Assembly: GCA_951406725.2 (NCBI GenBank)
Contig: OX597832.1
Location: forward strand, 29,822,001-29,886,000
From: Octopus vulgaris
Taxonomy: Eukaryota
Length of the DNA stretch: 64,000 nucleotides
Reading direction: 5' to 3'
Shown here: positions 14,342 to 64,000 of the stretch, one piece after another
Layout: every line of letters starts with the position of its first letter
Position numbering within the stretch: the first letter of the stretch is position 1
Program-made: the position numbers and the translations under genes
Notes under the pieces: generated by a model
What the model saw: only the letters and a program-made list of their open reading frames with translations
Told to the model about the DNA's origin: nothing
The model's database searches: none

Positions 14342-14344
<3 letters not shown>
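14259..14344 (+). CDS. Candidate 5' exon contributing only the ATG (phase 0 donor)
   Basis: Acceptor ttttcgcctttaAG at 14257-14258; ends gcaATG|gtaaat; in-frame upstream TAA at 14294. Phase 0 matches the next exon, which lacks a Met. Confidence 0.45.
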
Positions 14345-63776
<49,432 letters not shown>

Positions 63777-64000
63777 GTATGTCACAAACATATTTCTTTT
63801 CTTACCAATTCTTAAAATAAAATATTGTCTCTTTTCTTCATAGCAATGAAATATTCATCTACAAAATATAATTAAGACTCATTTAACAGTTTACAATATT
63901 TATATTTCATATCATGTTATGTGATATTTTCTAATTTATGTAGAAATATTTGGACATTTTCAAATTCTTCATTTATACGTATTCCTTAAAAATTCTCAGC

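Overview
Repeat-rich, AT-rich animal genomic DNA. The SINE/LINE repertoire and microsatellite density suggest an octopod cephalopod (inference). Bases 1-14000 are mostly microsatellites and decayed mobile elements (two Dong/R4-like LINEs, tRNA-derived SINEs, a non-autonomous Helitron). From about 14.3 kb to the end, the + strand carries one very large intron-rich gene that the ORF track only shows in fragments. It has a signal-peptide exon (15400-15460), then at least 33 phase 1-1 exons, each encoding exactly one six-cysteine module (C-x18-C-x4-C-x-C-x7-C-x8-C, core G-S-W-E-C-P) that resembles the VWC N-terminal/pacifastin/FN1-like fold. All splice sites are canonical and frame-compatible, giving a secreted protein of at least ~2,400 aa that continues past the window. 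Modules 1-8 are divergent; modules 9-33 alternate between types A and B. From 40895 the gene has been amplified as a ~4.49 kb four-exon tandem unit (5 full copies plus a partial sixth), and the unit junction is a chimera of two RTE-like LINE copies. Introns also hold long near-perfect hairpins, nested MITEs and hammerhead-ribozyme-like motifs.
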